From a virus (taxonomy: Duplodnaviria > Heunggongvirae > Uroviricota > Caudoviricetes): a stretch of DNA of 38,773 nt. The notes beneath the pieces were generated by a model. It was not told where the DNA came from. It ran no database searches and was given only the letters and a program-made list of their open reading frames with translations. Every line of letters starts with the position of its first letter. The first letter of the stretch is position 1. The stretch is taken from positions 1-38,773 of the IMG/VR virus record IMGVR_UViG_2671180896_000005. One strand, given 5' to 3'. Positions 1 to 9,279 of this stretch are shown one piece after another. The position numbers and the translations under genes are program-made.

Positions 1-1254
1 ATGCTGGAACAAATGGGCATTGCCGCGAAGCAAGCCTCGTATAAATTAGCGCAACTCTCCAGCCGCGAAAAAAATCGCGTGCTGGAAAAAATCGCCGATG
101 AACTGGAAGCACAAAGCGAAATCATCCTCAACGCTAACGCCCAGGATGTTGCTGACGCGCGTGCCAATGGCCTTGGCGAAGCGATGCTTGACCGTCTGGC
201 ACTGACGCCCGCACGGCTGAAAGGCATTGCCGATGATGTGCGCCAGGTGTGTAACCTCGCCGATCCGGTGGGGCAGGTAATCGATGGCAGCGTACTGGAC
301 AGCGGCCTGCGTCTTGAGCGTCGTCGCGTACCGCTGGGGGTTATTGGCGTGATTTATGAAGCGCGCCCGAACGTGACGGTTGATGTCGCTTCGCTGTGCC
401 TGAAAACCGGTAATGCGGTGATCCTGCGCGGTGGCAAAGAAACGTGTCGCACTAACGCTGCAACGGTGGCGGTGATTCAGGACGCCCTGAAATCCTGCGG
501 CTTACCGGCGGGTGCCGTGCAGGCGATTGATAATCCTGACCGTGCGCTGGTCAGTGAAATGCTGCGTATGGATAAATACATCGACATGCTGATCCCGCGT
601 GGTGGCGCTGGTTTGCATAAACTGTGCCGTGAACAGTCGACAATCCCGGTGATCACAGGTGGTATAGGCGTATGCCATATTTACTTTGATGAAAGTGTAG
701 AGATCGCTGAAGCATTAAAAGTGATCGTCAACGCGAAAACTCAGCGTCCGAGCACATGTAATACGGTTGAAACGTTGCTGGTGAATAAAAACATCGCCGA
801 TAGCTTCCTGCCCGCATTAAGCAAACAAATGGCGGAAAGCGGCGTGACATTACACGCAGATGCAGCTGCACTGGCGCAGTTGCAGGCAGGCCCTGCGAAG
901 GTGGTTGCTGTTAAAGCCGAAGAGTATGACGATGAGTTTCTGTCATTAGATTTGAACGTCAAAATCGTCAGCGATCTTGACGATGCCATCGCCCATATTC
1001 GTGAACACGGCACACAACACTCCGATGCGATCCTGACCCGCGATATGCGCAACGCCCAGCGTTTTGTTAACGAAGTGGATTCGTCCGCTGTTTACGTTAA
1101 CGCCTCTACGCGTTTTACCGACGGCGGCCAGTTTGGTCTGGGTGCGGAAGTGGCGGTAAGCACACAAAAACTCCACGCGCGTGGCCCAATGGGGCTGGAA
1201 GCACTGACCACTTACAAGTGGATCGGCATTGGTGATTACACCATTCGTGCGTAA
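1..1254 (+). CDS. proA: gamma-glutamyl phosphate reductase (complete, 417 aa)
   Basis: Full-length ORF from the window start; translation matches E. coli ProA as I recall it; GC and codon usage typical of core chromosome. Confidence 0.95.
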   Translation: MLEQMGIAAKQASYKLAQLSSREKNRVLEKIADELEAQSEIILNANAQDVADARANGLGEAMLDRLALTPARLKGIADDVRQVCNLADPVGQVIDGSVLDSGLRLERRRVPLGVIGVIYEARPNVTVDVASLCLKTGNAVILRGGKETCRTNAATVAVIQDALKSCGLPAGAVQAIDNPDRALVSEMLRMDKYIDMLIPRGGAGLHKLCREQSTIPVITGGIGVCHIYFDESVEIAEALKVIVNAKTQRPSTCNTVETLLVNKNIADSFLPALSKQMAESGVTLHADAAALAQLQAGPAKVVAVKAEEYDDEFLSLDLNVKIVSDLDDAIAHIREHGTQHSDAILTRDMRNAQRFVNEVDSSAVYVNASTRFTDGGQFGLGAEVAVSTQKLHARGPMGLEALTTYKWIGIGDYTIRA

Positions 1255-1368
1255 ATAAAACCGGGTGATGCAAAAGTAGCCATTTGATTCACAAGGCCAT
1301 TGACGCATCGCCCGGTTAGTTTTAACCTTGTCCACCGTGATTCACGTTCGTGAACATGTCCTTTCAGG

Positions 1369-1444
1369 GCCGATATAGCTCAGTTGGTAGAGCAGCGCAT
1401 TCGTAATGCGAAGGTCGTAGGTTCGACTCCTATTATCGGCACCA
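1369..1444 (+). tRNA. thrW: tRNA-Thr (anticodon CGU)
   Basis: 76-nt sequence GCCGATATAGCTCAGTTGGTAGAGCAGCGCATTCGTAATGCGAAGGTCGTAGGTTCGACTCCTATTATCGGCACCA with cloverleaf pairing (GCCGATA/TATCGGC acceptor stem), CGT anticodon and CCA end; integrase gene begins 15 bp downstream. Confidence 0.95.
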
Positions 1445-1458
1445 TTTAAATCAATAAG

Positions 1459-2622
1459 TTACACATCATTAGTACCTTCCTTATTTTTTGACTGGGACAA
1501 ATTTGGGACCGATGGGTTCAGAATCGAGTCTATTTGCCGTGCGTGTTCGGTAAGGTGATTAGGCGCGAGGTGAGCATATCGACGAACCATTTCGATAGAC
1601 TCCCATCCACCCATTTCCTGTAACACTGACAACGGGACTCCGGCTTGAACCAGCCAACTTGCCCAGGTGTGTCTCAAGTCGTGAAATCTGAAATCATCAA
1701 TACCAGCTCGTCTCAGCGCCGCTTTCCAGGCTGTGTTTGCGTCATACCGCATCTTCCTTACTGTTGGCGCTTTCGTTCCGTCTGGTTTGGTACAGCTTTC
1801 CTTATACACAAATACCCAACGGTGATGATTCCCTATTTGTTTTTTCAATACGCGACATGCAGTATCATTCAGCGCAACGCCAATTGCGCGGTTTGATTTA
1901 CTCTCTTCCGGGTTTATCCATGCCACCCGGCGCTGCATGTCTATTTGTTGCCATTCAAGGTTGATGATGTTTGAGCGTCTTAAACCTGTTGCCAGTGCAA
2001 ATTCAACAACAGACTTTAATGGCTCCGGACATTCATCAATCAGCCTTTGTGCTTCATGAGGCTCCAGCCAGCGGATCCGTTTATTCTTTGGTTGAGGCAC
2101 TTTAATAATTGGTGCCTTATCCAGCATTTTCCATTCACGCTCTGCGGCTCTTAGCAGGGCCTTTATAAATGAAAGATGCGTTGCCTTCGTTGCAACGGAC
2201 GCTGGTTTTGGCGTGTATTCTGGAACAGGTTTCCCTTTTTTTCTGCATGCTTCTGCCCTGAGTTTCCAGTTTTCCTCATGACGCCGGTTCGTCATTTTCT
2301 GAATTGCTGAATAAATTTTTGATTCAGTAATGTCTCTTAATTGCATCCCTGCGAAATGTTGAAGCCAGAATCCGATCCGGCTTTTGTCATCGTCCAGTGA
2401 TTTTTTATGTGCTTTCTCTTCAAGCCACCTGACACACGCTTCCTCGAACGTCATATCAGGTATTTCACCAAGTTTGCTGACCCGCCATGCTTCAGCCTTT
2501 AGCTTGTCATGGAGCTCTGTCGCCTGCCTTTTGTCCTTTGTTCCAAGAGACTGTTTAAATCTTTTACCGTTCGGCAATGTGAAACTGGCGTACCATATTT
2601 CACTTCTGCGGAAGAGTGACAT
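1459..2622 (-). CDS. int: phage tyrosine integrase
   Basis: 387-aa ORF with lambda-type integrase N-terminus ([33 protein letters not shown]) and C-terminal catalytic region ([10 protein letters not shown]...VRRYAHL); ATG at 2622 preceded by GAGGA. Confidence 0.95.
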   Translation of the reverse strand: MSLFRRSEIWYASFTLPNGKRFKQSLGTKDKRQATELHDKLKAEAWRVSKLGEIPDMTFEEACVRWLEEKAHKKSLDDDKSRIGFWLQHFAGMQLRDITESKIYSAIQKMTNRRHEENWKLRAEACRKKGKPVPEYTPKPASVATKATHLSFIKALLRAAEREWKMLDKAPIIKVPQPKNKRIRWLEPHEAQRLIDECPEPLKSVVEFALATGLRRSNIINLEWQQIDMQRRVAWINPEESKSNRAIGVALNDTACRVLKKQIGNHHRWVFVYKESCTKPDGTKAPTVRKMRYDANTAWKAALRRAGIDDFRFHDLRHTWASWLVQAGVPLSVLQEMGGWESIEMVRRYAHLAPNHLTEHARQIDSILNPSVPNLSQSKNKEGTNDV

Positions 2623-2849
2623 TTTCTTTCCTCTGTTATGCCATCACCCGCGCTCACCTTGATAGTATGCAGCGGAGACTGAAGTGCCGCAATGCAGGCT
2701 TGTCGCGTTGTGAGGTAAGGAGATTTTGGTTTAGTGGGGTCTTTGCGTGTTGCCTGTAGGCGGCCTGTTCGTATCCAGTTGGTAGCGGTAGGTCTGGATA
2801 TCTTGAGAAACTGACAGGCCTCATCGAGTGTGAGGCTGTATGATTCCAT
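2499..2849 (-). CDS. putative excisionase / AlpA-like HTH protein
   Basis: ORF immediately upstream of int, overlapping its 5' end; ATG at 2849 preceded by GAGG; N-terminal HTH-like segment ([26 protein letters not shown]). The long overlap with int makes length and identity uncertain. Confidence 0.4.
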   Translation of the reverse strand: MESYSLTLDEACQFLKISRPTATNWIRTGRLQATRKDPTKPKSPYLTTRQACIAALQSPLHTIKVSAGDGITEERKCHSSAEVKYGTPVSHCRTVKDLNSLLEQRTKGRRQSSMTS

Positions 2850-3099
2850 GGTTACCTCTGCTTTTTGAACGCATGTCACGTAACTTCTTAATGTGTTCTG
2901 CCGTTTCGATCTCTTCTGCTATCCGATCTGCATCAGCTTTATTCACAGGTTCAAAGTCATGATTAAAGCGGAACATGCTGGCGATACATGTTCTGCCTTT
3001 TCGGATGTAGTGAACTTTGTTGTGGGTAGAACGCAGGATTTTGCAGGGAGTGCCGTGGTGGTCGACGTACCAGGTGTTAGGCAAAATGATTCTGAACAT
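2821..3099 (-). CDS. hypothetical phage protein
   Basis: 92-aa ORF co-oriented with the early-left genes; no recognisable motif. Confidence 0.3.
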   Translation of the reverse strand: MFRIILPNTWYVDHHGTPCKILRSTHNKVHYIRKGRTCIASMFRFNHDFEPVNKADADRIAEEIETAEHIKKLRDMRSKSRGNHGIIQPHTR

Positions 3100-3146
3100 T
3101 TTTACACCTCAGTTGGACGATGTTGAAATTTGCTCCTTTGAGGTCA

Positions 3147-3365
3147 TCACAATCCCCATTGTTTGTTCTTAAGTTCGATCTCCTCCTGGCAACTTGCACA
3201 AGTCCGACAACCCTGAACGGCCAGGCGTCTTCGCTTATCTATGGGATCGCCACACTCACAACAATGAGTGGCAGATATAGCCTGGTGGTTCAGACGACGC
3301 ATTTTTATTGCTGTATTGCGCTGTAATTCTTCGATTTCTGATGCTGAATCAATGATGTCTGCCAT
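3147..3365 (-). CDS. TraR/DksA-family C4 zinc-finger protein
   Basis: 72-aa ORF with CxxC...CxxC spacing (CCECGDPIDKRRRLAVQGCRTCASC) typical of phage TraR/DksA-like proteins. Confidence 0.6.
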   Translation of the reverse strand: MADIIDSASEIEELQRNTAIKMRRLNHQAISATHCCECGDPIDKRRRLAVQGCRTCASCQEEIELKNKQWGL

Positions 3366-3463
3366 CTTTCATTAATCCCTGAATTGTTGGTTAATACGCT
3401 TGAGGGTGAATGCGAACAATAAAAAAGGAGCCTGTAGCTCCCTGATGATTTTGCTTTTCATGT

Positions 3464-3745
3464 TCATCGCTCCTTAAAGACGCCGTTTAACATGCCGATC
3501 GCCAGACTTAAATGAGTCGGTGTGAATCCCATCAGCGTTACCGTTTCGCGGTGCTTCTTCAGTACGCTACGGCAAATGTCATCGACGTTTTTATCCGGAA
3601 ACTGCTGTCTGGCTTTTTTGATTTCAGAATTAGCCTGACGGGCAATGCTGCGAAGGGCGTTTTCCTGCTGAGGTGTCACTGAACAAGCCCCATGTCGGCA
3701 AGCATAAGCACACAGAATATGAAGCCCGCTGCCAGAAAAATGCAT
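3464..3745 (-). CDS. hypothetical phage protein
   Basis: 93-aa ORF co-oriented with neighbouring early genes; start uncertain. Confidence 0.3.
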   Translation of the reverse strand: MHFSGSGLHILCAYACRHGACSVTPQQENALRSIARQANSEIKKARQQFPDKNVDDICRSVLKKHRETVTLMGFTPTHLSLAIGMLNGVFKER

Positions 3746-4097
3746 TCAGTGGTTGTCATACCTGGTCTCTCTCATCTGCTTCTGCTTTCGCCACCATCAT
3801 TTCCAGCTTTGTGAAAGGGATGTGGCTAACGTATGAAATTCTTCGTCTGTTTCTACTGGTAATGGCACAAACCTGACTCCAATTTGAGCGAGGCTATGTG
3901 CCATCTCGATACTCGTTCTTAACTCAACAGGAGATGCTTTGTGCATACAGCCCCCCGTTTATTATTTATCTCCTCAGCCAGCCGCTGTGCTTTCAGTGGA
4001 TTTCTGATAACAGAAAGGCCGGGAAATACCTAGCCTCGCTTTGTAACGGAGTAGATGAAAGTGATCGCGCCTACCCGGATATTATCGCGAGGATGCT

Positions 4098-4778
4098 TCA
4101 TCGCCATTGCTCCCCAAATACAAAACCAATTTCAGCCAGTGCCTCGTCCATTTTTTCGATGAACTCCGGCACCATCTCGTCAAAATTCGCCATGTACTTT
4201 TCATCCCGCTCAACCACGACATAATGCAGGCCTTCACGCTTCATGCGCGGGTCATAGTTGGCAAAGTACCAGGCATCTTTTCGCGTCACCCACATGCTGT
4301 ACTGCACCTGGGCCATGTAAGCCGACTTTATGGCCTCGAAACCACCGAGCCGGAACTTCATGAAATCCCGGGAGGTAAACGGGCATTTCAGCTCAAGGCC
4401 ATTGCCGTCACTGCATAAACCATCGGGAGAGCAGGCGGTGCGCATACTTTCGTCGCGATAGATGATCGGGGATTCAATAACATTCACGTCGGAAGTGAAC
4501 TCAAACAGGGTTCTGGCGTCGTTCTCGTACTGTTTTCCCCAGGCCAGCGCCTTAGCATTAACTTCCGGAGCCACACCGGTGCAAACCTCAGCCAGCAGGG
4601 TGTGGAAGTAGGACATTTTCATGTCAGGCCACTTCTTTCCTGAGCGGGGCTTTGCTATCACGTTGTGAACTTCTGAAGCGGTGATGACGCCGAGCCGTAA
4701 TTTGTGCCATGCATCATCCCCCTGTTCGACAGCTCTCACGTCGATCCCGGTACGCTGCAGGATAATGTCCGGTGTCAT
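4098..4778 (-). CDS. exo: lambda-type 5'-3' exonuclease (Red alpha)
   Basis: 226-aa translation ([31 protein letters not shown]...) near-identical to lambda Exo as I recall it; overlaps bet stop by 4 nt. Confidence 0.95.
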   Translation of the reverse strand: MTPDIILQRTGIDVRAVEQGDDAWHKLRLGVITASEVHNVIAKPRSGKKWPDMKMSYFHTLLAEVCTGVAPEVNAKALAWGKQYENDARTLFEFTSDVNVIESPIIYRDESMRTACSPDGLCSDGNGLELKCPFTSRDFMKFRLGGFEAIKSAYMAQVQYSMWVTRKDAWYFANYDPRMKREGLHYVVVERDEKYMANFDEMVPEFIEKMDEALAEIGFVFGEQWR

Positions 4779-5560
4779 GCTGCCACCTTCTGCTCAGTGG
4801 CTTTCTGTTTCAGGAATCCAAGAGCTTTCACTGCTTCGGCTTGTGTCAGTTCTGACGATGCGCGAATGTCGCGGCGAAATATCTGGGAACAGAGCGGCAA
4901 TAAGTCGTCATCCCATGTTTTATCCAGGGCGATCAGCAGAGTGTTAATCTCCTGCATGGTTTCATCGTTAACCGGAGTGATGTCGCGTTCCGGCTGACGT
5001 TCCGCAGTGTATGCAGTATTTTCGACAATGCGCTCGGCTTCATCCTTGTCATAGATACCAGCAAATCCGAAGGCCAGACGGGCACACTGAATCATGGCTT
5101 TATGCCGTAACATCCGTTTGGGATGCGACTGCCACGGCCCCGTGATTTCTCTGCCTTCGCGAGTTTTGAATGGTTCGCGGCGGCATTCATCCATCCATTC
5201 GGTAACGCAGATCGGATGATTGCGGTCTTTGCGGTAAATCCGGCATGTACAGGATTCATTGTCCTGCTCAAAGTCCATGCCATCAAACTGCTGGTTTTCA
5301 TTGATGATGCGGGACCAGCCATCAACGCCCACCACCGGAACGATGCCGTTCTGCTTATCAGGGAAGGCGTAAATTTCTTTCGTCCACGGATTAAGGCCGT
5401 ACTGGTTGGCGACGATCAGCAATGCGATGAACTGCGCATCGCTGGCATCACCTTTAAATGCCGTCTGGCGAAGAGTGGTGATCAGTTCCTGTGGGTCGAC
5501 AGAATCCATGCCGACACGTTCAGCCAGCTTCCCAGCCAGCGTTGCGAGTGCTGTACTCAT
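4775..5560 (-). CDS. bet: lambda-type single-strand annealing protein (Red beta)
   Basis: 261-aa translation ([48 protein letters not shown]...) matching lambda Bet. Confidence 0.95.
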   Translation of the reverse strand: MSTALATLAGKLAERVGMDSVDPQELITTLRQTAFKGDASDAQFIALLIVANQYGLNPWTKEIYAFPDKQNGIVPVVGVDGWSRIINENQQFDGMDFEQDNESCTCRIYRKDRNHPICVTEWMDECRREPFKTREGREITGPWQSHPKRMLRHKAMIQCARLAFGFAGIYDKDEAERIVENTAYTAERQPERDITPVNDETMQEINTLLIALDKTWDDDLLPLCSQIFRRDIRASSELTQAEAVKALGFLKQKATEQKVAA

Positions 5561-5565
5561 CCGTT

Positions 5566-5862
5566 TTATACCTCTGAATCAATATCAACCTGGTGGTGAG
5601 CAATGGTTTCAACCATGTACCGGATGTGTTCTGCCATGCGCTCCTGAAACTCAACATCGTCATCAAACGCACGGGTAATGGCTTTTTTGCTGACCCCGTG
5701 GCGTTGCAAATGATCGATGCATAGCGATTCAAACAGGTGCTGGGGCAGGCCTTTTTCCATGTCGTCTGCCAGTTCTGCCTCTTTCTCTTCACGGGCGATC
5801 TGCTGGTAGTGACGCGCCCAGCTCTGAGCCTCAAGACGATCCTGAATGTAATAAGCGTTCAT
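5566..5862 (-). CDS. gam: RecBCD inhibitor Gam (98-aa short form)
   Basis: Translation [39 protein letters not shown]... corresponds to the lambda GamS form; in-frame stop 18 codons upstream of the ATG. Confidence 0.9.
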   Translation of the reverse strand: MNAYYIQDRLEAQSWARHYQQIAREEKEAELADDMEKGLPQHLFESLCIDHLQRHGVSKKAITRAFDDDVEFQERMAEHIRYMVETIAHHQVDIDSEV

Positions 5863-5937
5863 GGCTGAACTCCTGAAAATGGCTGTGAAAATATCGCCCG
5901 CGAAATGCCAGGCTGATTAGGAAAACAGGAAAGGGGA

Positions 5938-6228
5938 TTAGTGATTCAGGCCGTTGCCTCGTCCGTCGAGAAAAACTTCCACGAGCAAATCACGGGTATA
6001 AGTGCGCTCGATGCCGCGATGCAGATATAGCCGTCCGCATAAATTAGCTGATGCAGTCCAGGTACCATCTTTGTGTTTGACCAGCATTCCTGGCATGACC
6101 GCACCGCGATTAACGGTCTGCGTTCCGTAATGTTGATGAACCATAAAAACTCCTGCCCGTAAGCTGGGCTGCTGAACATATAAAGACTTCTGCGCGTATT
6201 CAGGCGGTGGATGGCCGCCGGTTGTCAT
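5938..6228 (-). CDS. hypothetical protein (first gene left of the putative OL/PL region)
   Basis: ORF track gives 5938..6348 from a TTG; first ATG at 6228 has GAGG about 10 nt upstream, so the 96-aa version is preferred. No recognisable family. Confidence 0.4.
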   Translation of the reverse strand: MTTGGHPPPEYAQKSLYVQQPSLRAGVFMVHQHYGTQTVNRGAVMPGMLVKHKDGTWTASANLCGRLYLHRGIERTYTRDLLVEVFLDGRGNGLNH

Positions 6229-6359
6229 AACTAAGCCGCCTCGTTGAAGCGACTGAGGTATGAAGTGTTGAGTTGATTTCAGCTGGTCACACCGACGTTC
6301 ACGCGTCCGCTTCACCCCTCGCACTTCCCGAAGCCTGCTGAAATTCAAGCTGCGGATCT

Positions 6360-6520
6360 AAGCGGTCATCGCAACGGTGAATCAGGTGGTTGCCGTATCG
6401 TTGTGTTGTTGCGATGAAATTATTTAAAACTATAGTTGTTTTATCGTCAACAACAAAAGTTGTTTTATTGGTTGTTTTAGATGTAACTGGTTGTATTTAG
6501 GATGGATTTATTTTGTGACT
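6360..6520. promoter_or_regulatory. candidate OL/PL region: cluster of GTTGTT/AACAAC operator-like repeats
   Basis: AT-rich intergenic DNA with repeated TGGTTGT(T) and AACAAC motifs and a 9-bp inverted repeat CATCGCAAC (6367-6375) / GTTGCGATG (6408-6416); same half-site as the palindrome between cI and cro. Confidence 0.35.
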
Positions 6521-6590
6521 TGCATCGCATAGCGATAACTGAAGGGAGATTGTGGTGGTTTTTTGAACGGTATACGTGATGAGGGGAGGG

Positions 6591-6620
6591 GATAAAAGAA
6601 AACCCGGCACGGTGGCCGGG
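6591..6620 (-). terminator. rho-independent terminator ending the cI-kinase-phosphatase transcription unit
   Basis: On the minus strand: 6-bp GC stem (CCCGGC/GCCGGG, 6603-6608/6615-6620) followed by TTTTCTTTTATC (rc of 6591-6602); lies 4 nt past the phosphatase stop codon. Confidence 0.55.
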
Positions 6621-6624
6621 AAGT

Positions 6625-7368
6625 TTACAAATACTTTACATTTACCGCTATAAGAGAATAATCGTCAGTCGGGCCTTTTGTCTCTATTCTTCGCATTAGG
6701 CTGGAGGCAAACCTTGATGCGGTTGACAATGTACGGTAAGAAAATCGTGGGCGTTGCTCCCAAAAGGTATGCGCGCCATCAGACATGATGAATAGAGATA
6801 GAACACCATCGTCAAGAGGAAGTTCATCTTTATCAATATTTATGACTTGATGTTGAAGAGGGATCTTGGCAGCAAGTGCAGTTGTAATAATATTTTTACC
6901 TTTTGCATTTTTGAGCTGTCGAGCTGTATAAATACCGCTATCTATCAACATTTGATGTTGAGTATGATCTGTTGTTAATTGGATTAGCTTATTTCCATTT
7001 TTTAAATAAACACGACAGTCACCTACATGTATAATTGTTAGACCTTGATTGTGAAGTAGGCACATTGTTAAAGTTGTAGCAGCAGATGCTAATTCTTTAT
7101 CAACTGACGAAAGAGATGCCACCTTTTCTTGTAGGGTCTTAAGTAAGGATAAGACATTGTCTTCATGAGTGAAGCTGTCTTTAATACTATACAAATGATT
7201 TATTACTGCTGCAGATGCTTCTTTTCCTCCTTTATAACCACCAACCCCATCAGCTATAGCCATAAGATAACCATTTGGTGTTTGAAGTGGATAAAGCACG
7301 CTATCTTGATTTTCCCTGCCATTATGTTTTGGTACAGAAAATATGGATGATGAGAGTATGCTAATCAT
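6625..7368 (-). CDS. PP2C-family (PPM) Ser/Thr protein phosphatase
   Basis: 247-aa ORF with PPM motifs: ENQDS, ADGVGG (metal-binding DGxGG), HVGDCR, LTTDH, SDGA; AT-rich; start overlaps kinase stop (ATGA). Confidence 0.85.
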   Translation of the reverse strand: MISILSSSIFSVPKHNGRENQDSVLYPLQTPNGYLMAIADGVGGYKGGKEASAAVINHLYSIKDSFTHEDNVLSLLKTLQEKVASLSSVDKELASAATTLTMCLLHNQGLTIIHVGDCRVYLKNGNKLIQLTTDHTQHQMLIDSGIYTARQLKNAKGKNIITTALAAKIPLQHQVINIDKDELPLDDGVLSLFIMSDGAHTFWEQRPRFSYRTLSTASRFASSLMRRIETKGPTDDYSLIAVNVKYL

Positions 7369-8090
7369 AAGCGTTTCAACTCCAATTCCTCAAAGATCTG
7401 CTCTACGGTCAGGAATCTTTTGTTAAGTTGTCTATGCGTACATTTGTTTATTATATCATCAAAACCATCAATATTTAATTCTTCAATTAAAATACCAATT
7501 GAATATATATCTGATTGTTTTGAATATCCGTTGAGGAAAACGTTGTAATCAAAGTATTTAGGAGTAGCGGGGTATTGGCCAATTTGTGTTAATAGCTGTG
7601 TATTGGCATCTGGTGACACATTTTTTGCAAGGCCGAAGTCAGATAACTTATAAATTCCATCTTCAAATTTTAGTACATTTAGTGGTTTTATATCCCGATG
7701 AAGATATCCTTTCTTATGAATCCATCCGACGGCATTTAGTACCATTTTTACAATAGAGATTTTTTCAGCCTTTGTAAGAGTTCCACTTTTTATTTCTTCT
7801 TCAAGATTTGTTTCTGCTAGTTCCATTACGAACCAAGGCTGAGCATTCTGTAAGTGGCATATGAATATTTGGACAATATTAGTATGCAGGCATTCAGTTT
7901 GATATCTTACTTCTCGTTCAAATCTGGTAAAGAGTTCAGGATCTGTTGCATCAGGTCGTAAAATTTTTCTGGCATATAGACCACAAATTTTTCTTTGTGA
8001 GTTATATAACCTTATTTTTTCTACAAGGCCAAAACCGCCAGAACCAATTACTTCTAGGGGGTCTATTAGGTAATTCCCACGTTCTTCCAT
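7365..8090 (-). CDS. Hanks-type (eukaryotic-like) Ser/Thr protein kinase, compact single-domain
   Basis: 241-aa ORF with glycine loop IGSGGFGLV, catalytic-loop HRDIKPLN, DFG motif (SDFGLAK) and a subdomain-IX-like DIYSIG; RBS GGAT before the ATG; markedly AT-rich versus flanking phage genes. Confidence 0.9.
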   Translation of the reverse strand: MEERGNYLIDPLEVIGSGGFGLVEKIRLYNSQRKICGLYARKILRPDATDPELFTRFEREVRYQTECLHTNIVQIFICHLQNAQPWFVMELAETNLEEEIKSGTLTKAEKISIVKMVLNAVGWIHKKGYLHRDIKPLNVLKFEDGIYKLSDFGLAKNVSPDANTQLLTQIGQYPATPKYFDYNVFLNGYSKQSDIYSIGILIEELNIDGFDDIINKCTHRQLNKRFLTVEQIFEELELKRL

Positions 8091-8185
8091 TGTTCATCCT
8101 TTTAAGTTAGACAAAAGGAAAAATATAATGCAATGTTATCGATGCTTTTTTGAAGCCAAAGTTAACTTGTTGAATTTATGTCGAA

Positions 8186-8875
8186 TTATCCATGCTTCCT
8201 ATACGTCTGCGGCATGCTCCCGATGACTTTCCCGAAGATGAATACCCGGTTCATCTCGTCTTTCTCGATTGGGTCCCACGGTGAGTAGCTCTTGTTATCA
8301 GAGATAACCAGCAGTTTATCCTTCATCATTTGCAGGCGCTTTACATGGGCTGTGTCGTCGTACAGAAACGCATAGATACCATCACCGTCGAAAGATTTAA
8401 CAGTGATATCAACGAACAGCAGATCACCTGGTTCGATCGTTCCTGACATGCTGTCACCGCGTACGTTAATGATACGGATATTTTCCGCCTTCCTGCCATC
8501 GAACATGTGACGAGCATCGTCAAACGAATACTCAACCGAACGTAGAACTTCTACAAACTCACGGTTGATGACTCCCGGCCCGGCACTCACTTCGATATCA
8601 AGAACGTCAATCTTAAAGTATTTGGAATGGCTGACAGTTGTTTGTATTGGTTGCACTGTACTGTCTGACATATTTCCAACGCCAGAAGATAACCATTCTG
8701 CGCGCACACCCAAAGCGTTCGCGATCTCCACGATTTTAGTTGTTTGGTTAGCTTTCCCTGTTTCGATTTTCTGAATAGCTGCTTGGCTAACCCCGACCAA
8801 ATCCCCAAGCGCCTTTTGTGTAAGGCCTCGCGCTAATCTGGCTTCTTTAAGTCTTTCTGAGAGTGTTGTTTTCAT
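8186..8875 (-). CDS. cI: CI-like prophage repressor (HTH + S24 LexA-like peptidase domain)
   Basis: N-terminal HTH (MKTTLSERLKEARLARGLTQKALGDLVGVSQAAIQKIETGK) and C-terminal S24 autopeptidase motifs (GDSMSG ... FGKVIG). ATG at 8875 preferred over the track start at 8941, which would run into the operator region. Confidence 0.85.
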   Translation of the reverse strand: MKTTLSERLKEARLARGLTQKALGDLVGVSQAAIQKIETGKANQTTKIVEIANALGVRAEWLSSGVGNMSDSTVQPIQTTVSHSKYFKIDVLDIEVSAGPGVINREFVEVLRSVEYSFDDARHMFDGRKAENIRIINVRGDSMSGTIEPGDLLFVDITVKSFDGDGIYAFLYDDTAHVKRLQMMKDKLLVISDNKSYSPWDPIEKDEMNRVFIFGKVIGSMPQTYRKHG

Positions 8876-8916
8876 AGTCCAAATGTACAACCAAGGTTTT
8901 ATTTCATCAAACGAAA

Positions 8917-8941
8917 ATGGTTGTTGACTAAAAACAACCAT
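8917..8941. promoter_or_regulatory. operator palindrome in the cI-cro intergenic region
   Basis: Perfect 9-bp inverted repeat ATGGTTGTT (8917-8925) / AACAACCAT (8933-8941) with 7-bp spacer, overlapping the candidate PR -35. Confidence 0.55.
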
Positions 8942-8952
8942 AGTTTTAATCT
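8924..8952 (+). promoter_or_regulatory. candidate rightward early promoter (PR-like)
   Basis: TTGACT (8924-8929), 17-bp spacer, TAATCT (8947-8952), about 28 bp upstream of the cro-like ATG. Confidence 0.45.
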
Positions 8953-8979
8953 TGATTCAAATTAACCACGGAGGTTGTT

Positions 8980-9210
8980 ATGAACCCAGCCATCAAAACA
9001 GCGATCAATATCGTTGGTTCACAAAAGAAACTAGGCGCTGCCTGCGAAGTTTCACAGCAGGCCGTCTATAAGTGGCTTCACAACAAAGCAAAGGTATCCC
9101 CTGAACATGTCGGCAGCATTGTTACGGCTACTGGTGGAGTAGTGAAGGCATACCAGATTCGCCCGGATCTTCCGAAGTTGTTTCCACACACTGAAAAGAA
9201 CGCAGCTTAA
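8980..9210 (+). CDS. Cro-like HTH regulator
   Basis: 76-aa ORF divergent from cI across the operator region; GGAGG RBS; HTH-like segment (QKKLGAACEVSQQAVYKWL). Confidence 0.6.
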   Translation: MNPAIKTAINIVGSQKKLGAACEVSQQAVYKWLHNKAKVSPEHVGSIVTATGGVVKAYQIRPDLPKLFPHTEKNAA

Positions 9211-9279
9211 ATTTCCATTTCACGCTCTTTAACAATAAGCAATCAACTTAACAGTCAATTCAAACTAAAGGAGTCAATT

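Noticed and set aside
741-1335. Minus-strand ORFs (741..1052, 946..1335) overlapping proA
   Set aside because: Antisense to a well-supported core gene, no RBS, odd composition; frame artefacts.
1255-1368. Possible proA terminator or thrW promoter between proA and the tRNA
   Set aside because: An inverted repeat (ACCGGGTGATG ... CATCGCCCGGT) and a TTGACG element are present, but the loop is about 35 nt and the -10 is unclear; could not be supported by inspection alone.
1645-2662. Plus-strand ORFs (1645..1896, 1737..1964, 2384..2662) inside the integrase gene
   Set aside because: Antisense to int, Cys/Ser/Leu-rich low-complexity translations; spurious.
8091-8185. Independent promoter for the kinase-phosphatase pair in the 95-bp AT-rich gap after cI
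   Set aside because: Several weak -35/-10 combinations, none with good spacing; read-through from the cI promoter is equally plausible. Left as an open question.
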